DNA of 64,000 bases. It comes from Gemmatimonadota bacterium (GTDB lineage Bacteria; Gemmatimonadota; Gemmatimonadetes; Gemmatimonadales; GWC2-71-9). The position numbers were made by a program, and so were the translations under genes. Numbering within the stretch: position 1 is the first letter of the stretch; the number at the start of each line of letters is the position of its first letter. Positions 40,791 to 50,524 of the stretch are shown here, piece by piece. The notes beneath the pieces were generated by a model. The model worked only from the letters and a program-made list of their open reading frames with translations. It did no database searches and had not been told where the DNA came from. Where the stretch lies: NCBI GenBank assembly GCA_039588295.1, contig JBDHAB010000002.1, forward strand, positions 64,001 through 128,000. Reading direction: 5' to 3'.

Positions 40791-40821
40791 AGGGGCCCGA
40801 TGTAAGACGCATCGGGCCCCT
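40791..40821. terminator. Bidirectional hairpin between the convergent pilin and M1 peptidase genes
   Basis: Perfect 12-bp stem AGGGGCCCGATG-TAAGACG-CATCGGGCCCCT. Confidence 0.7.
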
Positions 40822-40873
40822 GTGGTTGTACGAAACTCGGTACTGACGCGCAGTACCGGCCCGCCCTATCACA

Positions 40874-42958
40874 TCACTGTTCGTCGCTCCCGTAACAGGG
40901 TAACCCGCCGCGGCGCATCATTACCCCGCCACCCGCAGCCTGTGCGGCCGCGAATGCCGTATCCCGCGGCCACATGTTGTCGGTCACATCCCCGTCGGGG
41001 AACCGACAGCGCGGATCGAGGATGATCTTCTCGATCGGACGCGAACCGAAATCGAGCACAGCCTCGAACGTACGGCTGCCCGAAAACCACACACCCACCG
41101 GGTAGGTCACGATCGCAGTGACGTCATCGATCATCGTGCTGTTCGCCATCGGCGTGATGGCCGGGCCCCGCGGGGCAAACCGGACCTTCAACACGACAGG
41201 CGACGGCATCTGCCCGTCCTGGCGGACGGTCACCTTCGTGTGGGAGCCCGCAGTGGCAACCTGCTGAATCGATCCGTCCACCGATTCCGTCGTGAAGAGC
41301 CAGTAGTACCAGAACCACCCAAGATCCTGGCCGAGGGCGTTGGTCATGAAGAACGCATAGTCCCACGGGGACGGGTGCTTGAACTGCCATGCTTTCGCGT
41401 ACTCGCTCATCGCGTTCCACACGACGGTATCACCGACGATCCCGCCCAACATCGAGAGCATGAGCGACGCCTTCTGGTAGGCCTGGAACCCATACATCGG
41501 CCCGCCGTAGTTGGCGTTCCACATCAGCGGTCCTTCGGTCTCCTCGCCGCTGATCCGGCCGTACATCTGCCCCCACCCGTCGAGGTTCGGTACTTCACCC
41601 TCCCGGTGCGCGCGGGAGAGGAGGTTCATGTAACTGTCGAACCCTTCGTCCATGAACCCGTACCACGTTTCGTTCACGCCGACCATCATCGGCCACCACT
41701 CGTGGCCGACCTCGTGGTCCGCGGCCCCTGTGGCTGACATGAGGAACATCGGGTATTCCATTCCGCGCTCAGGGCCGTCGGCGAGGGTGAGCTGTGGGAA
41801 TGCGTACGGCATCCAGAGGGCCGAGTAGAACTCGAGGGCGTGCCGCGAGCGCGATCCGGCTTCGGCGTAGCTCTCAACACTGCCCGGCAGGTAGAGGATG
41901 TGTACCGGTACCGCTCCAACCTCCGGGATCGTGGCACGGGTCGCATCCCAGACATACTGGTCCGACGCTGCCCAGGCGAAGTCGTTCACATTCTCGGCCA
42001 CGAAGCGCCACTGGAGCCGGTCACCCGCCGCTGTGGCCTTCCCCGGTCCACGTTCATCCGCACCAACGATCACGCGAACCGAGTCCGAGTCGAGCACGTG
42101 GGCCAACCGCTCGCGCGCGGTCGCCGTCAGAACCTGTTCAGGATTCTGCAGCACCCCCGTAGCGCCAACGAGCCATCCGGCCGGGACGTCGATCGTGACA
42201 TCGAACCGCCCGAAGTTGTTGTAGAACTCCGAAGGGCCGAGGTACGGTTCCGTGTCCCAACCGCGAAGATCGTCGTACACGGCGACGCGGGGGTACCACT
42301 GCGCAACCTGGAACAGTGAGTCGCCCCAGCTGCCCATCCGGATGCCCCGCCCACTCGGAACGTGCGGGACCTTGAAGCTCCACTCCACCTCGAGGGTGGC
42401 GCTGCCCTGTGCGGCAATCGGCTCGGGCAGCGTGATGCTGGCCGTCGTCCCGTCGAGACCGTACGCGGCCAGCGTGGCCTCCGGTGGCTGTCCACCCCGG
42501 AACCGCCGCGGGGGCGGATTCAGATCGACGGTCTCGCCGTCGAGCGTCAGTTTCGCAATCGGCATGCCGTCGGTGATCTCGGGCGCAGGCCTGAGCCTTG
42601 GCACGTTGGCCGCAAAGATGTTCTGGTCGAGGCGCAGGCGCAGCGCCGTGAGCGGGTTATCGCTGGTGTTGTGGATCATCACGGTCTCGCGGCCGGTGAC
42701 CCGCGACGTTGCGGGGTCCAGGTGCGCGTGGATCGTATAATCCACCTTCAGCTGCCAATAGCTCGGACCGGGGCGCCCGGTCGAGTCCCGGGTTCCCGCG
42801 GCGAACGCCTGGCGGATGCTGTTGGTGAGCGGAATGTCACGTCGGATGGCGCGCTCCGGCGGCGCAGCCGGTTTCCCGGTGGTTTGTGCCGCCGCAGGCG
42901 GGGGAACGATGGTCACGCCAGCGACGAGCGACAACGCAACGAAGAATCGGATGATCAT
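40874..42958 (-). CDS. Secreted M1 family metallopeptidase
   Basis: Signal peptide (AAA-Q); PGPSYWQ, AQWYPR..VYDD, GMEYP, HEVGHEW, WYGFMDEG, AYQK. Confidence 0.92.
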   Translation of the reverse strand: MIIRFFVALSLVAGVTIVPPPAAAQTTGKPAAPPERAIRRDIPLTNSIRQAFAAGTRDSTGRPGPSYWQLKVDYTIHAHLDPATSRVTGRETVMIHNTSDNPLTALRLRLDQNIFAANVPRLRPAPEITDGMPIAKLTLDGETVDLNPPPRRFRGGQPPEATLAAYGLDGTTASITLPEPIAAQGSATLEVEWSFKVPHVPSGRGIRMGSWGDSLFQVAQWYPRVAVYDDLRGWDTEPYLGPSEFYNNFGRFDVTIDVPAGWLVGATGVLQNPEQVLTATARERLAHVLDSDSVRVIVGADERGPGKATAAGDRLQWRFVAENVNDFAWAASDQYVWDATRATIPEVGAVPVHILYLPGSVESYAEAGSRSRHALEFYSALWMPYAFPQLTLADGPERGMEYPMFLMSATGAADHEVGHEWWPMMVGVNETWYGFMDEGFDSYMNLLSRAHREGEVPNLDGWGQMYGRISGEETEGPLMWNANYGGPMYGFQAYQKASLMLSMLGGIVGDTVVWNAMSEYAKAWQFKHPSPWDYAFFMTNALGQDLGWFWYYWLFTTESVDGSIQQVATAGSHTKVTVRQDGQMPSPVVLKVRFAPRGPAITPMANSTMIDDVTAIVTYPVGVWFSGSRTFEAVLDFGSRPIEKIILDPRCRFPDGDVTDNMWPRDTAFAAAQAAGGGVMMRRGGLPCYGSDEQ

Positions 42959-43197
42959 GTGAGCTCCGAATTGGATATGGAGTGCCGTGCCGGCTTTGAG
43001 CCGCACCTAGAAATAACACCGTCGGTATGACTGAGGGAGTGCAAGCAGCCTGCGCATACGCGGAGACGAGGCGCAGCCCGGATGCACGTCCCCGAAGCAG
43101 CCCATGAAATGAACCTACGCTCGCACCCCACTGAGCCCCGTCCCCCGGGGGAAAGCCTATGGCGGCAACGGGTTGGACTGTACTTTACCCACAGACC

Positions 43198-43279
43198 GCG
43201 GCCGTGGCGGAATGGCAGACGCGCCAGCCTTAGGAGCTGGTGGGGTTTCCCCGTGTGGGTTCGAGTCCCTCCGGCCGCA
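43198..43279 (+). tRNA. tRNA-Leu (anticodon TAG), CCA not encoded
   Basis: Acceptor stem GCGGCCG/CGGCCGC with discriminator A; anticodon stem CCAGC/GCTGG with loop CTTAGGA; long variable arm GGGG-TTT-CCCC; T-loop TTCGAGT. Confidence 0.95.
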
Positions 43280-43316
43280 CTACCCCTCTGACTCGCGAAC
43301 CTACTACGACCTGACG

Positions 43317-44783
43317 ATGACCAGACGCCACCAGCTCGTCGGGGCGCTGCCCCTGTCGATCACGCTCACAATCGGTGGCTGCACCGCGGATCGCCCCAAC
43401 TTCTTGTTCGTCATCATCGATGATCTCGGATGGAAGGACACCGGGGTGTACGGCAGTTGGTTCTATGAGACGCCGAACATCGACCGGCTGGCGGCGGAGG
43501 GCGTTCGGTTCAGCCAGTTCTATACGGCGAGCCCGGTCTGCTCGCCGACACGCGCGAGCATCATGACGGGGAAGTACCCGGCCCGGGTCAAGATCACGAA
43601 CTGGATCGGTGGGGAGCAGGACGGCAGACTCCGCCAAGCCGAATACCGCCGGGCACTCCCCCTCGAAGAGACGACGATCGGAGACGTCTTCAAGGAAGCG
43701 GGTTATACGACGGGGTACATTGGCAAGTGGCACCTCGGCGGCGTCGCCCATCTTCCGCAGTCACAGGGATTTGACTACAACGTGGCCGTGAATCACGCCG
43801 GTCAGCCGGGCTCGTACTTCTATCCGTACCGCAGCGAGCGCATGCCCACGACGAACGTCCCCGACCTGGCGGATGGCACGGTCGGTGAATACCTCACCGA
43901 CCGCCTGACCGACGAAGCACTGCGATTCGTCGAGACGCACCGCCGCGGTCCGTTCTTGCTCGTCCTGTCGCATTACGCCGTGCATACGCCGCTCCAATCC
44001 AAGGAGGACCTGCGAGACAAATACCGTGGGAAAGCAGAGCGGCTACCCCCGGCGTCCGGTCCCCCGTTTCAGCCGGAAGGCGATCGGGCACACACCAAAC
44101 AGCACCAAGATCACGCCGTGTATGCCGGCATGGTGGAGAGCACCGACCAGAGCGTGGGGCGCCTGCTCGACAAGCTGGATGAGCTGGGGCTCGCCGAGCG
44201 AACCGTGATCGTGTTCGTCTCGGACAACGGCGGACTCAGCACGCTGATCAACCGAAACACGGGGATGCCGACCGCAAACGTGCCACTCCGAGCGGGCAAA
44301 GGGTGGCTCTACGAGGGCGGCATCCGGGCGCCGATGATCATCAAGTGGCCGGAGGTCACTCTCGGCAGTCGGCTGATCGATGAGCCGACCATCAGCAACG
44401 ACATTCTCCCGACGCTGCTGGAGATCGCCGGCATCGACGACACGCTGGCCCCGCTGGACGGCACGAGTCTGGTTCCACTGCTGCGGGGGAGCGGCGCGAT
44501 ACCGCCACGGAGTCTCTTCTGGCACTTTCCGCATTACCACGGGTCGGGCAACACCCCGACCGCTGCCATTCGCGACGGTGACTACAAGCTCATTGAATGG
44601 CTCGAGGATGGTCGGGTGGAGCTCTACGACCTCGTCGGAGATCTCAGCGAAACCCGGGACCTCGCCGCCGAGCTCCCGGACCTGACGGCAACGTTGCGGT
44701 CCAAGCTGCGCGCCTGGCGGGACAGCCTGGACGCGGAGATGCCGACGCCGAACCCCAACTGGCCCGGGTCTGGAGGCAACTAG
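43317..44783 (+). CDS. Formylglycine-dependent sulfatase, probable lipoprotein
   Basis: PNFLFVIIDDLG, CSPTR motif, GKWHLG, HYAVHTP, SDNGG, KGWLYEGGIR, ELYDL. Confidence 0.95.
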   Translation: MTRRHQLVGALPLSITLTIGGCTADRPNFLFVIIDDLGWKDTGVYGSWFYETPNIDRLAAEGVRFSQFYTASPVCSPTRASIMTGKYPARVKITNWIGGEQDGRLRQAEYRRALPLEETTIGDVFKEAGYTTGYIGKWHLGGVAHLPQSQGFDYNVAVNHAGQPGSYFYPYRSERMPTTNVPDLADGTVGEYLTDRLTDEALRFVETHRRGPFLLVLSHYAVHTPLQSKEDLRDKYRGKAERLPPASGPPFQPEGDRAHTKQHQDHAVYAGMVESTDQSVGRLLDKLDELGLAERTVIVFVSDNGGLSTLINRNTGMPTANVPLRAGKGWLYEGGIRAPMIIKWPEVTLGSRLIDEPTISNDILPTLLEIAGIDDTLAPLDGTSLVPLLRGSGAIPPRSLFWHFPHYHGSGNTPTAAIRDGDYKLIEWLEDGRVELYDLVGDLSETRDLAAELPDLTATLRSKLRAWRDSLDAEMPTPNPNWPGSGGN

Positions 44784-44856
44784 GCCGGCATCCACGCGAA
44801 CCGGGTCGGCCCCTCACGGGACCGACCCGGCCGCTTGCGCTCGTTCGCGTGCCGGC
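44784..44856. terminator. Extended hairpin filling the convergent intergenic gap
   Basis: Nested inverted repeats CCGGGTCGG/CCGACCCGG, CACGCGAAC/GTTCGCGTG and GCCGGC/GCCGGC. Confidence 0.6.
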
Positions 44857-45552
44857 TCAGGCCGTCACCATCTTGCGACGACGCAGCCTTTTCTGCGGCT
44901 CGAGACGCGCGAGTCGATGCAAGTTCTTCCCGAAGCGCACCACGAGCACGACGAACATGCCGAGCGCCGACAGCCCGACAACGACGTTGGCGGCGAAACT
45001 GACCCATCTCTCCAGCCAGCCAAAGGTCGTGGCGCCAAAGAACAGGAGCGTATTGGCGAGGATGAGGATGATCCGCGCTTCGGTCGTTCCGATCCGGGCG
45101 TACGCGATCTTGAAGACGCCGAACACGGACGACTCGAGATAGACATTGATCGAGAGCGTCAGGAAGACCACGATGAGAATGAGGGCCAGGTCGAGCCGCA
45201 CAAAGGGCGACAAGCCGATGCCGATACCGATCACGGCGGCGTTGAAGGCATCGACCACGTGGTCGATGTAATACCCATACTTGGGGCGTTCCGCCTTGCG
45301 CACTCGGGCGACCGTTCCGTCCATACTGTCGCCAAACCAGTTCACCACCAGCATGGCACTGGCGAGCCAGAGCCATGCAGCGTTGAACCCTGAGAGCGCG
45401 TAGCCGACGCCAGTGCCCAGCGCCGCTGCGACACCGAGCGCAGTCAGATGATTGGAGCGAATCGAGAGCGGCAGTCGCGCGGCCATGGCGCGAAGCACCC
45501 GCCGCTCCGGCTCAGCCAGCAAGAAGGTCATCTCGCGTTTCGCCGTTTCCAT
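44857..45552 (-). CDS. CDP-alcohol phosphatidyltransferase family protein
   Basis: SNHLT, WFGDSMDGTVAR..K..R...GYYIDHVVD (DxxDGxxAR...GxxxDxxxD signature). Confidence 0.93.
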   Translation of the reverse strand: METAKREMTFLLAEPERRVLRAMAARLPLSIRSNHLTALGVAAALGTGVGYALSGFNAAWLWLASAMLVVNWFGDSMDGTVARVRKAERPKYGYYIDHVVDAFNAAVIGIGIGLSPFVRLDLALILIVVFLTLSINVYLESSVFGVFKIAYARIGTTEARIILILANTLLFFGATTFGWLERWVSFAANVVVGLSALGMFVVLVVRFGKNLHRLARLEPQKRLRRRKMVTA

Positions 45553-45676
45553 GTCACTGCCTCCGCTGAGGGAGAGAGTTCAGTACGGTCACGCAGCCAG
45601 GCTCACCCCGCTCGGTTCGCGCGGAGGAATACCGAACGCTCGTATTCCCATCACTTCGTGCTGAGGGTGGGAGAAA

Positions 45677-45850
45677 CCGCTGCCGCGAGCGGGCACGGTA
45701 CGACGAGAGCCGTAGCTGCATGCCGTACTAGTGATACGCCGAGCCGGATCCCACGTTCCCCGGGGAACTGACCGAGAGGTCAGTCCGGGATTTGGGAAGG
45801 CGTGGTCCAGCGCGTCGTGCGGGGCCCGCAAGTGAAAGCAGGACGGTGGG
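45677..45850. other. Candidate long structured RNA element in the divergent intergenic region before tig
   Basis: Nested helices ending in ACTGACC-GAGA-GGTCAGT; no known family recognised. Confidence 0.3.
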
Positions 45851-45979
45851 ATAGTGGGTCCAGCTCCGCGGCTGCCGACGAGCCGCGGACCGCAAAGAAA
45901 CCTCTAGGGACCGCGCCCAGACCAGGTTACATTTCGAGCCCAACGAGCGGATCTCACGCGTGGGCCGGGGCGCCATTCT

Positions 45980-47239
45980 ATGACTGTGGAAACATCCGAT
46001 ATCCAGATCACCACGCTCGGCGAGGAACCGGGGGCCAAGAGCCTCAAGGTCGAGATCGCCGCCGAGCGGGTGAAGGCTCTGGAGCAGAGCGCCACGTCCT
46101 ACTACGCCAAGCGGGCCAGGCTCCCGGGGTTCCGGAAAGGCAAGGCGCCGCTCTCCGTGGTGCGCAAGCAATACCGTGACGCCATTCGAGAACGGGTGAT
46201 TCGTGACTTGATCGGCGACGGCTGGAAAGTGGCCGTGGAGCGGGAAAGCCTCAAGCCGATTGCCGACCCCCGCGTTCGATCACTCTCCTACGAGGACGGC
46301 GAGCCCGTAACGTTCGAGGTCTCAGTCGAGGTCAAGCCCGAACTCGATCTCGCCCGATTGGGGAACTTCCGGGTCACTCGCAACGTGGCGCCGGTCACGG
46401 ACGAGGCCGTGACAGCCCAGCTCGACGAGCTGAGACAGCAGAAGGCCACGTGGGTCCCAATCGAAGGGGAGCGCCCCGCTGCTACGCAGATGGCATCGGT
46501 GAGCATCGCCACCATCGAGGATGACACGCCGAGCGAGTCCCGCCAGTATCAGGTCGTGTTGGGGGCCGGCCAGGCGATTCCCGACCTGGAGGAGGCGATC
46601 ATGACGCTCCTTCCCGGGGACACAACGGACGCGACGGTGCGCTATCCGGACGACTTCCCGGACGAGTCGAAACGCGGGCAGTCGCGCCACGTGCGCATCA
46701 CCTTGCACGATGTGAAGCGACAGGAACTCCCCGAGCTCGACGACGCGCTGGCGCATGAGCTCGGAGATTTCGATTCCGTCGCAGATCTCCGGAAGGCCGT
46801 CCGTGATGATCTCGAGAACCACGCAACCCGGGAGGCGGACGCCGAGGTGCGGCAACGGCTCGTCGACGAGATCGTGACGGCCAACGGTGTCGAGGCACCG
46901 CGGCCGCTGGTCCAGCGCGTGCTGAGCGCGTACGCGGAGACCTACGGCGTACCCGACGATCAGCTCGAGCGCTTCACCTCTGAGTTTCGTCCCATTGCCG
47001 AACGCCAGGTGCTGCGCGATCTCATCATCGACCATGTGGCGGAACGCGGGCAGCTCGCAGCCACTGAGGATGACGTGGACCAGCGGGTGCAAGAGTTGGC
47101 GGTTCACCGGAAGATGGAGCCCGGGAAACTCTACGCGTCCCTCCAGAAAGCCAATCAACTTCGCGAGATCGAGCGGGGTATCACGGAAGAGAAGGTCTTC
47201 CAGTCTCTGCTCGAGCAATCCGACATCGTGAACGAGTAA
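45980..47239 (+). CDS. tig: Trigger factor
   Basis: LPGFRKGKAP ribosome-binding signature, EVKPE, FKBP-like domain; precedes clpP-clpX. Confidence 0.95.
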   Translation: MTVETSDIQITTLGEEPGAKSLKVEIAAERVKALEQSATSYYAKRARLPGFRKGKAPLSVVRKQYRDAIRERVIRDLIGDGWKVAVERESLKPIADPRVRSLSYEDGEPVTFEVSVEVKPELDLARLGNFRVTRNVAPVTDEAVTAQLDELRQQKATWVPIEGERPAATQMASVSIATIEDDTPSESRQYQVVLGAGQAIPDLEEAIMTLLPGDTTDATVRYPDDFPDESKRGQSRHVRITLHDVKRQELPELDDALAHELGDFDSVADLRKAVRDDLENHATREADAEVRQRLVDEIVTANGVEAPRPLVQRVLSAYAETYGVPDDQLERFTSEFRPIAERQVLRDLIIDHVAERGQLAATEDDVDQRVQELAVHRKMEPGKLYASLQKANQLREIERGITEEKVFQSLLEQSDIVNE

Positions 47240-47260
47240 CCGAGAAACTGGAAACCAACG

Positions 47261-47875
47261 ATGGCTACGATCTACCCGCCCTATGTAATCGAGCGCTCCA
47301 GCCGAGGGGAGCGCACCTACGACATCTTCTCACGTCTGTTGATGGACCGGATCGTGTTCCTCGGCACGGCGATCAACGATGATGTGGCAAACGTGGTGAT
47401 CGCCCAGCTGCTGTTCCTCGACGCCGACAATCCGGACCGGGATATCTACGTGTACATCAACTCACCCGGTGGGATCATCTCGAGTGCGTTCGCCATCTAC
47501 GACACGATGCAGCACATTCAGGCGCCGGTGAACACCATCTGCATGGGGATGGCGGCGTCCGCCGGGTCATTCCTTCTCGCCGCGGGACACGCGGGGAAGC
47601 GGTCGGCCCTGCCGCACGCGCGCATCATGATGCATCAGCCGTCCGGAGGCTATCAGGGCACGGCAGCGGACATCGAGATTCAGGCGAAGGAGATCTTGTA
47701 CCTGCGCGACAAGCTGAACGAGCTGTACGCGAAACACACGGGGAAGCCGAAGTCCGAGGTCGAGTTGGACATTGACCGGGACCGGTTCATGTCGGCCGAG
47801 GAGGCGCTGGAGTATGGCATCGTGGACAAGGTGATCCAGCGGACCACGGAATTGGACGGCCGCACCTCGGCTTGA
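47261..47875 (+). CDS. clpP: ATP-dependent Clp protease proteolytic subunit
   Basis: [28 protein letters not shown] (Ser), MHQP (His), DRDRFM. Confidence 0.98.
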   Translation: MATIYPPYVIERSSRGERTYDIFSRLLMDRIVFLGTAINDDVANVVIAQLLFLDADNPDRDIYVYINSPGGIISSAFAIYDTMQHIQAPVNTICMGMAASAGSFLLAAGHAGKRSALPHARIMMHQPSGGYQGTAADIEIQAKEILYLRDKLNELYAKHTGKPKSEVELDIDRDRFMSAEEALEYGIVDKVIQRTTELDGRTSA

Positions 47876-47909
47876 CGGCCGCCCCGACCGAACCCATACT
47901 AGCTGTAAG

Positions 47910-49160
47910 ATGGCTCAAGACAAGCACCTGCGTTGTTCGTTCTGCGGCAAGTCCAAGGACGCGGTTCGGAAGTTCATCTCCGGACCGTCGGTCTACATCT
48001 GCAACGAATGCATCGCGCTCTGCAACGAGATCCTCGCGGAGGACGAAGAGCGCGAAGTCGCTGAGGCCATCACCCAAGTCCCGACACCGGTCGAGATCAA
48101 GGAGGTGTTGGACGAGTACGTGATCGGCCAGGAGCGCGCGAAGCGGGTGTTGGCCGTCGCGGTCTACAGCCACTACAAGCGGATCAACTCGCAGGCGCTG
48201 CGCAACAACGACGTCGAACTGGAGAAATCCAACATTCTCCTGCTGGGGCCAACCGGCGTCGGGAAGACACTTCTGGCACAGACGCTGGCGCGCATCCTCG
48301 ACGTGCCCTTCACCATCGCGGATGCCACGACGCTCACGGAGGCGGGCTACGTCGGCGAGGACGTGGAGAACATCCTGGTGCGGTTGCTGCAGGCGGGAGA
48401 CTTCAACGTCACCGAGTGCGAGCACGGCATCGTCTACATCGACGAGCTCGACAAGGTCGCGCGGAAGAGCGAGAACCCGAGTATCACGCGTGACGTCTCG
48501 GGTGAGGGCGTGCAACAAGCGCTGCTGAAGATCCTGGAAGGCACGGTGGCATCCGTCCCGCCCCAAGGCGGACGGAAGCACCCGCAGCAGGAGTACATCC
48601 AGATCGACACGAAGAACGTCCTGTTCATTTGCGGCGGGGCGTTCGACGGGCTCGACAAGATCATCGAGGCCCGAACCGGCCGGCGGCAAATCGGGTTCAG
48701 CAAAGAGGAGGTCGAGGCCGGCAAAGCCGAGCAGCTGGAACGAAATCCGTTCTGCGAAGTCGAGCCCGACGACCTGCTGCGTTACGGGCTGATTCCGGAA
48801 CTCGTCGGACGGCTTCCCGTGACCGTCGCGCTCGACGCGCTCGACGAGGATGCCCTGGTCCAGATCCTGCTCGAGCCGAAGAACGCGCTGTCAAAACAGT
48901 ACAAGAAGCTCTTCGAGCTGGAGAACGTGGGCCTCACGTTCGAGCCTGACGCGCTTCGCGCCGTTTCGCAGCTCGCGTGTACCCGAGGGGCCGGGGCCCG
49001 CGGCCTGCGCGCGATCCTCGAGGATGTGATGACCGACATCATGTTTGAGCTCCCAGGCCGACATGACGTCCGCGAGGTCGTCATCACCAAGGAATGCATC
49101 ACCGAAGGACGTCAGCCGCTGATCGTCACCGAGCGGGCCCGCGTCAAGAAAGAGGCCTGA
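47910..49160 (+). CDS. clpX: Clp protease ATP-binding subunit ClpX
   Basis: CSFCGK..ICNEC zinc finger, [31 protein letters not shown] loop. Confidence 0.99.
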   Translation: MAQDKHLRCSFCGKSKDAVRKFISGPSVYICNECIALCNEILAEDEEREVAEAITQVPTPVEIKEVLDEYVIGQERAKRVLAVAVYSHYKRINSQALRNNDVELEKSNILLLGPTGVGKTLLAQTLARILDVPFTIADATTLTEAGYVGEDVENILVRLLQAGDFNVTECEHGIVYIDELDKVARKSENPSITRDVSGEGVQQALLKILEGTVASVPPQGGRKHPQQEYIQIDTKNVLFICGGAFDGLDKIIEARTGRRQIGFSKEEVEAGKAEQLERNPFCEVEPDDLLRYGLIPELVGRLPVTVALDALDEDALVQILLEPKNALSKQYKKLFELENVGLTFEPDALRAVSQLACTRGAGARGLRAILEDVMTDIMFELPGRHDVREVVITKECITEGRQPLIVTERARVKKEA

Positions 49161-49741
49161 CCTACGCCAGCTTCGTCGGCAGCTTCCCGGCTGCCGACTT
49201 CCGTCTCGACCCGGCGCTCCCAGAGATCGCGTTTCTCGGTCGATCCAACGTCGGCAAGTCGGCGCTGATTAACGCCTTCACCGGTCGCCGGGCGCTCGCT
49301 CGCACGAGTCGCACGCCGGGGAAGACACGCACCTGCAACGTCTTCGCGATCGGCGATCGGTTCTACCTGGTGGATCTGCCCGGCTACGGGTACGCTCGGG
49401 CGGCCAAGACGGCACGGCGCGGTTTCCAGCAACTCCTGCGGGACTATCTTTCGGGACGCGAGGAACTGGCAGGTGTGGTATGGCTGCTCGATGTTCGCCG
49501 CGAGCCCACAGCGGACGATCGAGCGATGGCTCAGCTGCTGGCCGCACGGGACACCCCGATGCTCGTGGCCATCACCAAGGCTGACAAGCTCGCCAGGGCG
49601 CGCCGGACGGAACGAGCCCGTACCATTCTGCAGACCATCGGCATTCCGGGCGACCAAGTCGTGGTCACGAGCGCGCGGACCCGCGACGGCATCGGCGAGC
49701 TCCGAGATGCCGTCGAACGACTTGTCGACCGACTCCGCTAG
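49157..49741 (+). CDS. engB: Ribosome biogenesis GTPase YihA/YsxC (EngB)
   Basis: [33 protein letters not shown]. Proposed CTG start overlaps the clpX TGA. Confidence 0.95.
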   Translation: MTYASFVGSFPAADFRLDPALPEIAFLGRSNVGKSALINAFTGRRALARTSRTPGKTRTCNVFAIGDRFYLVDLPGYGYARAAKTARRGFQQLLRDYLSGREELAGVVWLLDVRREPTADDRAMAQLLAARDTPMLVAITKADKLARARRTERARTILQTIGIPGDQVVVTSARTRDGIGELRDAVERLVDRLR

Positions 49742-49774
49742 CGTTTGGCAAGCGGCCGCAACGGGAGGAGGCTC

Positions 49775-50437
49775 ATGAACGCCACCATTCACATGCCCTG
49801 CCCCTTCGCCGGCCTTACACGACGGGCAACAGTCGTGGCACTGCTCACGCTCACGGCCACCGCCTGCGCCCGAGCGCAGGAGGTTTCCGTGGACCCTGCC
49901 GCGCTCGAGGGTCTCCCTCCAGCGGGGTTCGGAACGCTCAAGCAGGAGGGGGTTTCCCTGCGTCTGCGCACGCCGACCCTCCAGATCCAGCTGGTGCCGC
50001 TCGACGAACGGGTCATCCGCCTGTTGGCCACCGACACGTACAACTCCATGCATGGTTTGGCCTCCTCCAAGAGCGAGGACATCGAGGAGGCCGCGCGACG
50101 GTACGGGATTCGCCAGCCGACCCTGTTCTTCGTCACGTTTTTTGGGCTCGAGCGCCAAGCGCGCTTCGACCCGCAGGTCCTCACCATCACGAGTCAGAAC
50201 CGCTTGTTCCGTCCCGTTGGGATTCTGCCCCTGTCCCCACTGTGGAGCCGCCAGCAACTGAACCAGCGGGAGACCGCGACCGCCATATACTTGTACGAGG
50301 ACGGCATCAGGGTCCTCGATCCCTTCACGCTGGAGTACGAAGGGGTCATAAACGCGGCGTGGGAGCAGATCCTGCGAACGTTGGAGGCCGAGCGCGCCTC
50401 CGTGCTCGCGCGGGCGGCCGCGGAACGTAAACCCTAA
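49775..50437 (+). CDS. Hypothetical secreted protein
   Basis: GGAGGAGG RBS, signal peptide (ARA-Q), GC3-biased codons; no family recognised. Confidence 0.8.
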   Translation: MNATIHMPCPFAGLTRRATVVALLTLTATACARAQEVSVDPAALEGLPPAGFGTLKQEGVSLRLRTPTLQIQLVPLDERVIRLLATDTYNSMHGLASSKSEDIEEAARRYGIRQPTLFFVTFFGLERQARFDPQVLTITSQNRLFRPVGILPLSPLWSRQQLNQRETATAIYLYEDGIRVLDPFTLEYEGVINAAWEQILRTLEAERASVLARAAAERKP

Positions 50438-50524
50438 ACAGCCGCGCCAGCCGTACCGAGGAACTTCCTCGACCTACGGGCACGTTTTCTACGAGTCGAT
50501 TTGTTCGTGTCAGGGGGTCAACGG

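Noticed and set aside
43173..43316. Long N-terminus of the sulfatase ORF in the supplied track
   Set aside because: It runs through the tRNA-Leu gene; the real start is most likely ATG 43317.
45925..45945. TTCGAGCCC as an attR-like copy of the tRNA 3' end
   Set aside because: Only about 8 of 9 bases match the T-loop region, and there is no acceptor-stem match or integrase.
50460..50486. ECF-like GGAAC-N18-CGTT upstream of the acyltransferase
   Set aside because: The spacer is longer than in the two better candidates, and the motif sits in a hairpin that is adequately explained as a terminator.
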